Source: Minutocellus sp. GHC0000111 (lineage: Eukaryota). From it: a stretch of DNA of 64,000 bases. The first letter of the stretch is position 1, and every line of letters begins with the position of its first letter. The notes beneath the pieces are model-generated. The model was given only the letters and a program-made list of their open reading frames with translations. It was not told the origin of the DNA and did no database searches. The stretch lies in NCBI GenBank assembly GCA_977018835.1, contig OZ361261.1:1860001-1924000 (forward strand), written 5' to 3'. Positions 45,532 through 56,757 of this stretch are shown one piece after another. The translations under genes were made by a program, and so were the position numbers.

Positions 45532-48345
45532 CTAATATGGGTACAGAAAGTCTTTTGATTCAAGATAGCCGCATGCGGTTTTTCGGTCTTGGTCGGGGGC
45601 ACCGCATATCTCTCTCCTCGCCTTATCTCTCTTGTACCGTCCTCTGGAAGTGATGTAATCCCTATCGTTCATCTCGGAAGGTTCAAACAACCTTGTGATC
45701 CTCGCGCTCTTTGGCACAATTATAGTTCTCTCCTCTGGCCTCATCTCTCTCATGTCGTTTGTCTTGACTTTGCCTAGAGCAACAAATCTACTGCCGTCGC
45801 TCAGGCGCATGAATTCCCAGGAATCATTCGGTATCCTATAACGTGGATCCTTGGTGGACAATACGTATATATTGGAAGGGTAAACTCCCTTCAAGCAGTA
45901 GTGAAGATTGTTGCCATCCTCGTGGAGCACCTCGTAGCCAAGAAGTCCAAAGAATGAGTCCACCATCATACGGCACTTGGCGCAATTCTGAAGGGGCATG
46001 TTATAAACGTTTTGAGGCATCCACACGCCGCCATCACTGTGGCCACGGACAAAGTCAATGGCTGTTCCTCCAATATAGGGCTCAGGGATGACAAAGTTGT
46101 TTAGGCCATTCCACACATCATAAACAGGCTTTGGGGATCGATTCTTGGAGACGGTCAAAAAGTTGTGAATTTTGACCATGTCCAAATCGTTGGCCTGATA
46201 TCCATCAAGCGCATTCGGCCCATGTGCAAAGTTCTGATGAGCATAGACGTCTCTATTCACTAGGATGGTGAGCTCATGTTGCAGAGCAATCCGCGGTGTT
46301 GTCCTAGTGTCTGATGCAAAGCCATCCAAACCATGCTCCCGAGGGATTTCAAGAAAATGCCGGCGAACTTCTGGCCTCAAGAGTTTGTCAACGTCAAACA
46401 GCAGGGAATGATTCTCAGTGAAGGAATGCACATCGCACAGCCAAGGCCAACTGCCATAATTCCAAGGACGCGAGTAAATTCCGCCGTTGGATCCCCATTC
46501 GCACACATCGTGGCCATGTGTCTCCAATGGCAGCTCCGTCATCGTTGGGAAGTCCTCAAATAAGAGCGGCCCCATGGCAAGGATCCCGTATATATTAATT
46601 TCTCGATTCTTTTTTGATTTAGGTAGATTGTCCGCCAGCGGCATTGGAGCTTGTGGTATTTCAGGATAACGATGCGGCTCACGTTGAGCTCGTGCCAGAT
46701 AAAAGTCTCTGATCATCTTCTCCATCATCCTCTCCAAGTCCATGTGCATTGCGTGCGCCTCGGGGAGGGGATGAACGTCGCAATTCATTTGATTGAGAAA
46801 CTCCAGCTTCCGATGATTCCGCATTTCCTCCCGTTCCAGGAAGTCCACTGCTAAACGCCTACCAAGCAGCTCACCGCCAGTATTGTCGAGCATCAAAATA
46901 TGGGCTCCGAGTGTCTGATCGCAGGTTGCGCTCTGCACAAGCTTATCGATCCCCCACATTTGGACGAATTCTTCGTTGAGGATGAATACAGTCTCATAGC
47001 GGGGCGAAAGGTACTGCTCAAACGAATGACAGCCAAGATTAACCTCTCGGTTGGTGACTGCCATAAGCATTGGAAGAGAATTGGCCCTAGGAGGGCATGC
47101 CTGCGAATCTACTCGATTGATTACATGTTCGTAATTGTCCAGATATGTCGGCCGGGGAGTCGGCGATTGCGTTGGACCCGTTGGGCTCTGACTCGGTGAC
47201 TGGGTCGGTGCAAATGTGGGAGATGGAGACGGACCGGGCGTAGGAGAGATCCTTGGCGTCGCCGTCGGTGCAGCCGTGGGATCTGGGGTGGTCGCTACGA
47301 ACCCGTACTTATCAGCAGCGGTGACGGGATTAACGTGAAAGGATCGGCCATTGCCATCACCATCTGACGACGATTTTGATCGCATCGTCAACGCAATGGC
47401 ACAAACAAGGACGACGACCAGGGCCAGGACAGACCACACGGCGATGCGTTCTCTTCTTCGCGATGACGATCCGTCACTTCGCCGAGGGCTGTTGGCTGTA
47501 TTGGCTTTGTAGGGCGACCCTCGCTCGAGAGAATCTTCTGAATCAGCTGTCAAGGTCCGTGCAATGCCAATCGATGGCGAATTCAACTTTGCCTTGAGGA
47601 CGGTGGGACTTGTTCGTTTTCGTGGCGTTGGGGTGCCGGTCTTGCCAGTATTTTGTCGGTAGGGAGAAAATATCAAGGCGCCGCTGCCACTGCTTCTGCT
47701 GCCATTGTTGTTGTTTTTGTTCACTGCTCCAGTACTCGTTCGGCTCTTGATGCGCATCATTTTATCCGTCACATCGTCGACGCTGAAATTGCAATTGGAT
47801 TGTCCCTCACTCCTCAGCTCTTCCAATGCCTGAAGCAATTCATCCTCTCTGCCAGCATATTTGGACAACAACATCGCCCGACCGTCGGTATCGTTTGGCA
47901 GAATCTGGACGAGGACACTCTCGACCTGATCTCGAATGTTGGTAGTCCTCGGTGAGAATGTGCTGTTTTGGGACGCATGCCGCTGCTGCTTTTGTCGTGG
48001 CGTTCGGCGCTGCTTGAGACCACTCGAGGCCGACGATGGTGCTGCTGCAATTTTTGTCTGCACTTTGGGAGACGCAAATGGTATTGGGTTTGATTGATGA
48101 TGGTTGTTGTTGCTGGTTTCGGCGATACTTGCCGGGTCGGCCTCCCATCGGACCTCCTTGGTAACGGTGTGGTAGTAGTAAGTTCTACCTCTGCTCTGGT
48201 CATATGCTGCCTTCCATTCGCCTCCGCCATTTGACGACTGAGCAGACCTATCATTTTGCCTACGCTCGGGGAGTTTGAGCTCCACTTGGCCCGTTCCGTC
48301 ACTCTTTTGGGGGTATGGTCGATTGGAATGTGCGTTGGACGGCAT
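45532..48345 (-). CDS. WW-domain single-pass membrane protein with uncharacterised luminal domain
   Basis: WW motif EWKAAYDQSRGRTYYYHTVTKEVRWE, TM IAVWSVLALVVVLVCAIAL, P/T/S stalk, then a globular region of about 530 aa. Confidence 0.65.
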   Translation of the reverse strand: MPSNAHSNRPYPQKSDGTGQVELKLPERRQNDRSAQSSNGGGEWKAAYDQSRGRTYYYHTVTKEVRWEADPASIAETSNNNHHQSNPIPFASPKVQTKIAAAPSSASSGLKQRRTPRQKQQRHASQNSTFSPRTTNIRDQVESVLVQILPNDTDGRAMLLSKYAGREDELLQALEELRSEGQSNCNFSVDDVTDKMMRIKSRTSTGAVNKNNNNGSRSSGSGALIFSPYRQNTGKTGTPTPRKRTSPTVLKAKLNSPSIGIARTLTADSEDSLERGSPYKANTANSPRRSDGSSSRRRERIAVWSVLALVVVLVCAIALTMRSKSSSDGDGNGRSFHVNPVTAADKYGFVATTPDPTAAPTATPRISPTPGPSPSPTFAPTQSPSQSPTGPTQSPTPRPTYLDNYEHVINRVDSQACPPRANSLPMLMAVTNREVNLGCHSFEQYLSPRYETVFILNEEFVQMWGIDKLVQSATCDQTLGAHILMLDNTGGELLGRRLAVDFLEREEMRNHRKLEFLNQMNCDVHPLPEAHAMHMDLERMMEKMIRDFYLARAQREPHRYPEIPQAPMPLADNLPKSKKNREINIYGILAMGPLLFEDFPTMTELPLETHGHDVCEWGSNGGIYSRPWNYGSWPWLCDVHSFTENHSLLFDVDKLLRPEVRRHFLEIPREHGLDGFASDTRTTPRIALQHELTILVNRDVYAHQNFAHGPNALDGYQANDLDMVKIHNFLTVSKNRSPKPVYDVWNGLNNFVIPEPYIGGTAIDFVRGHSDGGVWMPQNVYNMPLQNCAKCRMMVDSFFGLLGYEVLHEDGNNLHYCLKGVYPSNIYVLSTKDPRYRIPNDSWEFMRLSDGSRFVALGKVKTNDMREMRPEERTIIVPKSARITRLFEPSEMNDRDYITSRGRYKRDKARREICGAPDQDRKTACGYLESKDFLYPY

Positions 48346-48795
48346 TGTATTGTAGCAAGTTCTGGATTGTAGCCGAGAGGACTATTATGTGCCAGTTATG
48401 ATGTCTGTGTAGGCCGGCTGATTGGCTGACGAGAGAGTTGCAGAAGGCGGCCTCCGAGATAGTCCAGACAAGATACTACCCTTGTATTGGCAGCTACACG
48501 TACGAACTCGTATGAATGCCAATGAATGGCAACAAATGAAGCCGAGGATGTTCGGATTCGATCCTGGATCCTGGAGCTGGAAAAAACGGTTGGCACAGAG
48601 TTTGGGGGCGGGAGCCAAAACCTTCGAAGCGTAAAATTTGTACCAGCCAGCAAGCAGCACAACTAACTTGACGGGCCTGGCTGGAGGGCCGAGAAAGGTC
48701 AAGTCAAAGCGAAGGCAAAGTAGCAACAAGCCAACGTAGCAATAACGTGCTTGGACGAGACTCTACCAATCGCATCAGCCTAGCCATCGCAAAGC

Positions 48796-49713
48796 ATGAT
48801 CGACTCAGCTACTGATCTTTCCGCTGCCACGACCATTGGCGTCGTCGTGCTATCCACAACCATTCTCTTCACACTCCTATCTCGCAGCCGCAAATCCAAA
48901 CCAGCACATGATCCGTCAACATCGGCCATTCTGATCACAGGCGGTGGAAGAGGCATTGGAAAGGCCACTGCCGACCACTTGCTATCGCTCGGATATCACG
49001 TCTTTGTTACCGTTCGCAAGCAAACGCAGTATGATGCAATGGAAGCGAAGGCAGGTGCACAACAAGGCGATGGCGACGCCGCACACCCCGTCCTTCTCGA
49101 TGTATCCAATGACGACCACATCGCACCGGCAACAGAGCGAGTTCAATCACTGTGCCAATCGCTCAATTGCCAACTCATTGCCGTCGTCAACAATGCAGGT
49201 ATCAATCCAGAGGGCGATGCCATGTCCGAGGTATACACCAGCGATGGCACACCCGAGAATGTGCTGGCCGATCCCACCGTCGCTACGAGGGTGCTACAAA
49301 CCAACGTGGTGGGAGTGGCGAGAGTGTCAAGAGCCTTCTTACCACTGTTAGTCGACGGGGGACGGATCGTCAACATTGGGAGCTACTTTGGTTCGATTGC
49401 GGGACAAGCGGGACTTTGTCATGCCTACTATGAAAGCAGCAAGTTTGCCTTGGAGGGACTGAGCGACAACATGCGTCGATCATTGCGCAAGAAGGGCATC
49501 CACGTGAGTCTCATCAAACCGGGCAACATTGTCACCGATATGAACAGCTTTGGAGAATCCCCATCGAGTGTGGTGGCGAAGGATGTGGAGCATGCAGTAT
49601 CATCGCAACGTCCAAGGGCGCGATACTATCCCGGAAAGGTAAAGGGGATACCAGTACGTTTGGTGTGTTGGATCTTTGAGATGCTACCTACATCGGTAAC
49701 AGATGCGTTGTAG
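48796..49713 (+). CDS. Short-chain dehydrogenase/reductase (classical, membrane-anchored)
   Basis: TGGGRGIG, VNNAG, GRIVNIGS, catalytic YESSK, PG motif. Confidence 0.92.
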   Translation: MIDSATDLSAATTIGVVVLSTTILFTLLSRSRKSKPAHDPSTSAILITGGGRGIGKATADHLLSLGYHVFVTVRKQTQYDAMEAKAGAQQGDGDAAHPVLLDVSNDDHIAPATERVQSLCQSLNCQLIAVVNNAGINPEGDAMSEVYTSDGTPENVLADPTVATRVLQTNVVGVARVSRAFLPLLVDGGRIVNIGSYFGSIAGQAGLCHAYYESSKFALEGLSDNMRRSLRKKGIHVSLIKPGNIVTDMNSFGESPSSVVAKDVEHAVSSQRPRARYYPGKVKGIPVRLVCWIFEMLPTSVTDAL

Positions 49714-49775
49714 AATCAAAGGGGCTAAGTAGTGTTATACATGTGTCGTTTGTGCGCGTTCAAACGAAGCGAGGC

Positions 49776-51138
49776 TCATGCCACAGGCCGAAGATGACGA
49801 AGATTCTTCTTCGAAACGGAAAGTCGACGGACAGCTGCAACGTCGCCACTGACGTAACGATCGCTGATAACATCCACGACGATCAGCTTTGAATCAGCCT
49901 CCTTTGCAATAACCACGGCGAGCCAGCCATTATAGGTCGAGTCACCACCAGTGAGGCGTTGGACAATCACACGATCACCAAGAAAGAAATGACCGAACAT
50001 TTTACAACAGTGTCGATGTCCCCTCTCCCATGCTTTGGCTTGGCATTCTCGAGAACAGTAATGTGCTAATCGACAAGCCGAGCACATTAGCAGCGCGCGA
50101 GGAAAGTCGGCGTCATCATCATAAGCAAGCTTACCACAGCTGTCGCAAAACAGCCCTCCTTGGAGAGAGAAGTAAGTACTAAATGCGTCAATTTTTTATG
50201 TTTGGAGCTCGGCAATAATTTGCTTGATGTCTTTCCCATTTTGAATAATAGCTGGGATAGACGGGACTGCACCCCTTCTCAGGATCCTAGTCGATTCCAA
50301 CAGGATAGTGCTGAAGACATCACCCGGCCACTCCAATTCGTCGAGCACACCATCTTTTCCTTCCACTAGCAAAAGGTCCACTTCTTCTAACACAGATTCG
50401 TTCAAGGACAAACCATACTCACAGAAGGCGATGGCCCGTCGCCTATAGCATGCCTCAGCAGTTGTGAGTGCTCCCTGACTAGCAACCAACGAGGCGCGGA
50501 TGACCATCGCCAAAGAACGAAGAAAGAACGGCTCTTCTTCATTCTTAGAAAGATTGCTCATGCATTGCGCTAAACGCCTATCCTCACAATATTCGTCGAT
50601 TATAGAGGAGTCAAGGCCAAGTTCAAGCTTACTATTCTTCCGGGAAGCGATGATAATGTAAATTAGTACGAGGAGTATGATTCGGTACCCAGGCCCTTGT
50701 GCTCTGAGAGTTTCAACTGACTCTACAACGTAATAAACGGGGTATTGTATCAAACCACTTGATAAAGTCGGTCTCGGATAGCGGCAAAGCGAGGGATGGA
50801 GGGACGGGAGGGAGAATAGTACGAAGCTTGACCGTCATCTCATATAGTTCCTTGACTGGCGCAACCTCAAATGCAGCCTTTTCAACTTTCTTGCTCAATT
50901 CAAGCATGTGCATAACCTGCTCGAGAGGCGGGGAGGACCGGCAATGCTTGAGTTGGCTCTCAAACATGGACGTAACATTTGCTTCGCGAAGCGTAGCAAT
51001 GTTCGTGGCGCTACGCCAGTCACCAGGGAAACCTGAATCAATCGAGTCAGCATTGTTATCCGAGTCGCCATTGGTCTCGACCGAGGGCAGGGGCAGAAGA
51101 GCCTTCTTCGTTTCTCTCCTGCGATTCTTCTTCCCCAT
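49776..51138 (-). CDS. MYND zinc-finger protein (three single-base frame breaks)
   Basis: Starts MGKKNRR. Reconstructed CDSC...CSACRLAHYCSRECQAKAW..GH...C, followed by GDRVIVQRL...YNG. Confidence 0.7.
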
Positions 51139-51380
51139 TGTCTGGTGACTGTAGAACCTAGGTACGAGTATTGTGCTTGCACTGTAGCTCTAGCTAGATA
51201 GAAGGGTCGCGACAATTAGAGCTGGCTTCAAGTGGACTGGGTCTCCGCGATACTCGCTTTGGTTTGGCATGTTCAGCGAACTCACTCGGGATATTATTCA
51301 TTCATTAGTTCTTTGCCACATGTCCTCAAATAGTTCCCAACTTAACTTTGGCATCTATCTAAATTCATTCATTTTCATGT

Positions 51381-52543
51381 CTACTGAGCCTGGGAATTAC
51401 CGTTCTCCTGAAGCGATAGAGCGATAGCCTTGCGCATTTCTTCATCGTCAAACCCATCGATTGTTTGCCCACCGCCGGTATAGGAACCTTCACCTAGATT
51501 TGTGCTTGCGTTGTTTGCTTTCGCAGGAGGCTCTTGACCGACGCCTTCATTGCTGCCTTGGTCTCCACCAATGTCATCGAGGCATGTAGCCTTTTGGAAT
51601 TGATGATTTTCGGGGTAGACCCAGAATTCTTTCACAACTTCGATGGGAAATGCCTTGGTCTTAGAGCAAAGATAGCATTCATAAGGGATTGTCAGAAGGA
51701 TGGTGAGGCTGCAGATAATATACCAGGTTGGAGTGAGCAGAAATGGTAGCGATTTGTCATCATGGGTCACTAGGAAGCTTGGATGATATCCAGGGATTGT
51801 GAAGTCCTCGGAAAGATCGTAGTGCTTGTCTCGCTTCTTGTGTTGGGCTATAAAAGTATCCTTGACAACTTGTTCATCACCGAACTTGATTTTTTTCATG
51901 ATGGCAAAACGATACAAATTGCCTTCTTTAATGTCGGCAGGGTTGACATGAATAGAAAGATCGTTGCACTTGTAATAGTCTAGGTCCATTGAAGCCTTGT
52001 GAGTGTTGACTCTCTTCTTGGTTTGACCGCCGCCCTTGGATGTTTTCACACCAGTATTGAGGTCTTTTTACCACATTGTGTAATAAGTTTCTCATTGTGG
52101 TAACACTGAATAGTCCAACGAAGCTGGGCATCGGCGGCATACATTGAATCCATCTTTTTTTAGAACTCGTCGACACTAAGTACGCCAAAGCGGAGGGTAT
52201 TGTAGGTAACCCCAGTGAAGGCAAGGTATAGGTTAGCAATGAAGATGAAACCAGCAATCAATCCGAAAATTCCCCAAGGAATGACTCCCGCCGCAGTGAT
52301 AATGAAAGCGACGAAGAAGAGGATGCTAAAAGTTGCTCTGAAGGCATCTCGAATTTGGAGGCCTTCAAATTCTTCGTCCTCTCTGTTTGATGGGTTTCCT
52401 TCATCGATATATCCCCACCGGTGACGGCGTGGCTGGTCTCCTTTCTCCAAATCAATTTCTGGTTTGCCATTATTGCCTGACGGCGCGGAAACGTCCAAAC
52501 CTGTGATGGCGAATGTCGACGAGGTGTCTACTTTGGCGGGCAT
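51381..52543 (-). CDS. TMEM151-like membrane protein (interrupted)
   Basis: Two N-terminal TM helices, IQCYH...KRVNTH motif, a late TM (WYIICSLTILLTIPY) and a UIM-like EEMRKAIALSLQE. In-frame TAA at 52160-52162 and a frame break near 52080. Confidence 0.55.
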
Positions 52544-53126
52544 GATTGTAGAGATGGGATAGATAGCAGAGACAGGAGTAAATAATGGGAAGGTTGCGTA
52601 CTCTCGTATATGATTTCGTAAAGGCTGATATTGCGCTTCTGGTTCGTTTTGTTGTTTTGTGCGTTTTATGATTCGATTTATTGGCTGTTGATTCGTTCGG
52701 CTCTTTGCATGCTTCGCATCGTTCGGCCTCTCCGAACTCCGAACGAAAGAAAAGCCGTCTTGTCTTGAATTTCTTTCGTGCGAAGCATTATTGCATCTTG
52801 GCGCCTAGCTAGCTAGAGAGTCTATTGCGATACACATCTCACCTGCATAACGATAAAGTTGAGAGCACAGTAGGCTGATAGTACCCCTTCTAGAGTATCT
52901 GTTCCAGCGTCGTCGAAGTGATGACATGACTGATCCATCACAGCGTACCTAGGCCTAGGTACTAGTATCTTGCTAGTCGCAAAATAAAAGTACCCAAAAC
53001 CCCTACGAGTAAATGTGGAGTACGTACAATACCGCGTACGTACCGACGGTCAATGACGGCACGGAACACTTCATGCACTTCCGCTTGTGCTCTCATGTAG
53101 AAGATCTATTTTAGCAGACCAGGGCG

Positions 53127-55244
53127 CTACATATCGCAATGTCCCTCCCAGTCTTTGTAGTTACGCACTGAAAATTAAAGAAACGGAGGAGAGAAATTGG
53201 TGAGAACGAGACTCATACATGTAGATCTCTCTAGATGCAAAGCCAAGGCCACGAAATCGTCACATAATCTTCATACACATCAAGCTGACCAACCCCTCCA
53301 ACTCACTTCGCAACCACGCATTGGCGCCAAATTTCTGTCCTTTCTTGACTGGCTGGGCTTCATGCCATGCCCAGTCCTCAAGTGCATCCGTATCATCGTT
53401 CGTCACACTCGGCCATATCAGTGCCATTCCTTTCTTGGGCTTGACGTCGATGTTCAGCGCATTTAGCCGAGTTTCTCCGCCCTCCTCCACGTCGTTGAGG
53501 TAAAGAAATACCGTGATGATTCGGTTGCCGCAGAAGAGTTCGTTCCAATGCCACACGGCGTCGTGGTGTTCTTCATAATGTTCGTCCACCTCGTACTTGA
53601 GCAGTTGTAAGTCTTCGCTGTTCTCCTTGGGGATGCCTGTCAAAGCTTCAATGCGGTTCATGACGGCCATGTTGATTTCCGAATCGTAGCAATCATCGCT
53701 GCAGAACGTATTGCGACTAGTCCGGCCAGAGTCCACTAATCCTTCGTCGCTCATCATGCCTTCATCTCCCAGATCCACAACCTTGGTCGACTGCTCAAAG
53801 CCCAATCGATATCCCTCCTTGATGAAATGGTCGCATTCTTCATCTGACAAAAAGTTGTCCAACGTTATCACATATGGCTTTTCGTGGTCCAGATCCTCGA
53901 TCCAATCCTTTTCCTTTTCGATCCATTCGTTGAAATTTTTATATCCCAACGCGGTATAGTCCACCGCTTGCTCCACTTCGGTCAACTCAAGTCCATGAGA
54001 CTCAAGAAAGTCCTCTCTGCTTTCGGGGTAAGACAGTATTGAGATCTTATCCTTCGGGTAGTTTTCAATGATTCGTTCAAACAGCGGCACCATTTCCTTA
54101 TCGCCCATGACGTCCTCCATGTCGGGTTTGGACCCGCATCGGTGCCAGTAGTCCACGGTCATGCAGGCCTGAAAGGCCGGGCCGCACGTCGTTTGCATCC
54201 ATCGCAATTCCAGCTCGTTGGTGCACCATCCCGTGGCGGCGTAGTAGCTGCACTTGGGATCGAAGTTGTGGCAATCCCTCCGCACGTTCTCGAATCGTTC
54301 CTCCGCCAGTACGTGATTGAGCATGTACTCGGCTGTCTCCTCAATGTTTTCACGGATTGCGGCGTTGGTTGCCTCGTCGTCGTGGTATTTGTAAGTTGCG
54401 GCACTCCAAAATTGATTACGTTCAATTCACCCTTCGTGTAGCAAACGTTGCACGATCTTGGACAGTACTCCTCCATGTATTCGTAGTTGTGCCAACATCC
54501 TTTGTGCTCCCAGATCCATTCCTTGCACCGTTCCTCGTAATCGATGCATTCATATTCCTCCTCCTCCTCCTCCTCTTTTTCGGCATCACCCTCTTCGCCA
54601 CCCTCCTCTTCCTCTTCCTCATCCAGAATGTGATAGTAGTACACATACCCCCTGGCGGCGTCCTCATACATTTGTTCCTCCGTCAGATCCTTGGCGGTAA
54701 CGCCGGCAATGTCCCGACAGGCATCGGCACACCGTCCCAGCATCTCGGGACGATGGTTGGGATGGAGACGCCGGGTGGCATCCTCGGTCACCCACTTGGC
54801 ACAGGTTTCGGGGTCGACGTTGGATTCAACGTAGGCGCTTTCTTCCTCCTCTTCTTCGTCTTCTCCCTCGCCGCTAGATACAGTGTCATCTTCCTCATTT
54901 TCTTTGTCCTCGTCTTTGCCTTCACCAGCAGCAGCATCGGCATTGGCACATTCACCCTCCTTGTCGGCATTGGACCCAGCGCCGCACATGCGGCTGGCGA
55001 ACGATTTCGAGGGCGGGGGCTTCATCATCTTCTGCTGCTGTTCGGCAGCCGACGCAAATAAAAAGGAAGGGAGGAGGTGGTGCAGTTTATGGATATCGTT
55101 TGGATGGTGGGTCTCGTTGGACTGCTCGGTGGTGGCACCAGAGGAGGTAGTAGCACATGCCGTCAGCGAGGTGGCCAAAAGGGCTACCGCCAGCGACATG
55201 CCGGCGGAGGAGCTCTGGCGATTGCAACGACGGCTTCTCGTCAT
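53127..55244 (-). CDS. Prolyl 4-hydroxylase-like 2OG-Fe(II) dioxygenase with ShK domains; intron 53168-53306, frame break at about 54396
   Basis: Signal peptide, ShK-like Cys repeats, DNFLSDEEC, RTS, HHD, TVFLYLNDVEEGGET, HEAQPV..G.K. Confidence 0.88.
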
Positions 55245-55514
55245 TGCTAATGCGATGCAAATGAGTGAAGCAAGAGGCAGGGCGCCGTTATGTTACCGTA
55301 TAATTATGGCACCAATGCGAGCCACCAAACAAGGTGAAACAAGGTGGCAACATGAAGCAAAAATTTGAACGGCTCGAAATTTTGGCATAGGCCGACGTAC
55401 GTACTGCAGTACGAGGTCGTACCGATCTATCGCATCGAAGATGGAAAAGAACCCGGAATTACCACCCGAGATGATACGCAGATTGCATTCCTCATCAAGG
55501 CTGCTCGCTCGACC

Positions 55515-56498
55515 ATGCTCTCCTGCTCCGCCCGCCATTTTGTGGCAAATTCCGCACGCCGTCTACCCCGGCATCGCCTTCGCTTGGCGTCCAATGACGC
55601 TACCAAGGAAGCGGCAACTTCTGCAGCACAGAATGTAGCAGTCGAAGAACCCACGCATCGTCAGCTCCTAATCGTAGCCCTTCGAAGTGCCATCCCCATG
55701 GTAGGCTTCGGCTTCATGGACAACATCGTCATGATCCAGGCCGGAGATCTCATTGATAATTCCATCGGCGTCACCTTTGGATTGTCCACGCTGACGGCGG
55801 CGGGATTTGGTCAGTGCATCAGCGACGTCGCTGGCTTCACTTCCGGTGGGATCGTCGATGCGGCCTTGTCGAAACTGAATATGCCCACCCACGGCCTGTC
55901 GCAGGCGCAGCTGGGATTGAAGTCGGCCCGCATCTACCACACGGCCGGTGGGTGCGTCGGCGTGGTCGTCGGATGTTTGCTGGGCATGTGCAGCCTGTTC
56001 TTTATGGACACCGACAAGAAGGAACGGGAACGCAAGGCCAAGGAATTGAAGACCATCTTTGAGACCATTACAAGAGATGGATCCAAGTTGGTGCGGGCCG
56101 AGCGGTGCAGTCTTTGGATACACGATGAAAACAAACACGAGTTGTGGACGCAGGTGGCATCGGGCACCAAGAAAGGGGAGATACTGCGCATACCTGATAA
56201 TACGGGAGTTGCCGGCGCGGCCGTGCAGGAGGCGACCATTATCAACATACCCGATGCCTACGAGGACAGCCGGTTCAATCCAGAAGTCGATAAGAAGACG
56301 GGATATCGAACTCGGTCGATAATAGCCGTGCCCATCATGCAGGAAGAGGCCGGAAAAGTTATCGGTTGCATCCAAATGGTCAACAAGAAGAACAATGACT
56401 TTACCGATGGTGTATTTGACGAGAACGATGCCAAGCTCCTTCGGATGTTGAGCAATCATGTCAAGGCTTTCACTAAGATTGTGACAGGAGACGACTAG
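55515..56498 (+). CDS. TMEM65-domain plus GAF-domain fusion protein, probably mitochondrial
   Basis: Arg-rich presequence. TMEM65 signature PMVGFGFMDN..MI.AGD.ID..IG...GLSTL.AAG.G...SDVAG. GAF: AERCSLW...GVAG....INIPDAYED.RFN..VD..TGYRTRSI..VP....IG..Q..NK....F...D. Confidence 0.88.
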   Translation: MLSCSARHFVANSARRLPRHRLRLASNDATKEAATSAAQNVAVEEPTHRQLLIVALRSAIPMVGFGFMDNIVMIQAGDLIDNSIGVTFGLSTLTAAGFGQCISDVAGFTSGGIVDAALSKLNMPTHGLSQAQLGLKSARIYHTAGGCVGVVVGCLLGMCSLFFMDTDKKERERKAKELKTIFETITRDGSKLVRAERCSLWIHDENKHELWTQVASGTKKGEILRIPDNTGVAGAAVQEATIINIPDAYEDSRFNPEVDKKTGYRTRSIIAVPIMQEEAGKVIGCIQMVNKKNNDFTDGVFDENDAKLLRMLSNHVKAFTKIVTGDD

Positions 56499-56757
56499 CT
56501 AGATTTACTATCTCAAGAATATTAATTAAATGCATGACGAGGTTCAAAGCAAATCTAAAAGTTAGCAACTGACTACCACCATTTTTCTCCTTTGTCAAAG
56601 TGTTCACCGTTGCCAACACCTCCGCCGCTTGACAGCAGACAAAACAATTTATCAACGGCTTTCTGCAACAGAGGATTGATCTCGAGACTTTCATGAATAT
56701 CCTTTATTTTGGACAGTCGTATTATTTCCTTTACCGGAAGGTTGCTGCAGGTTGCAG

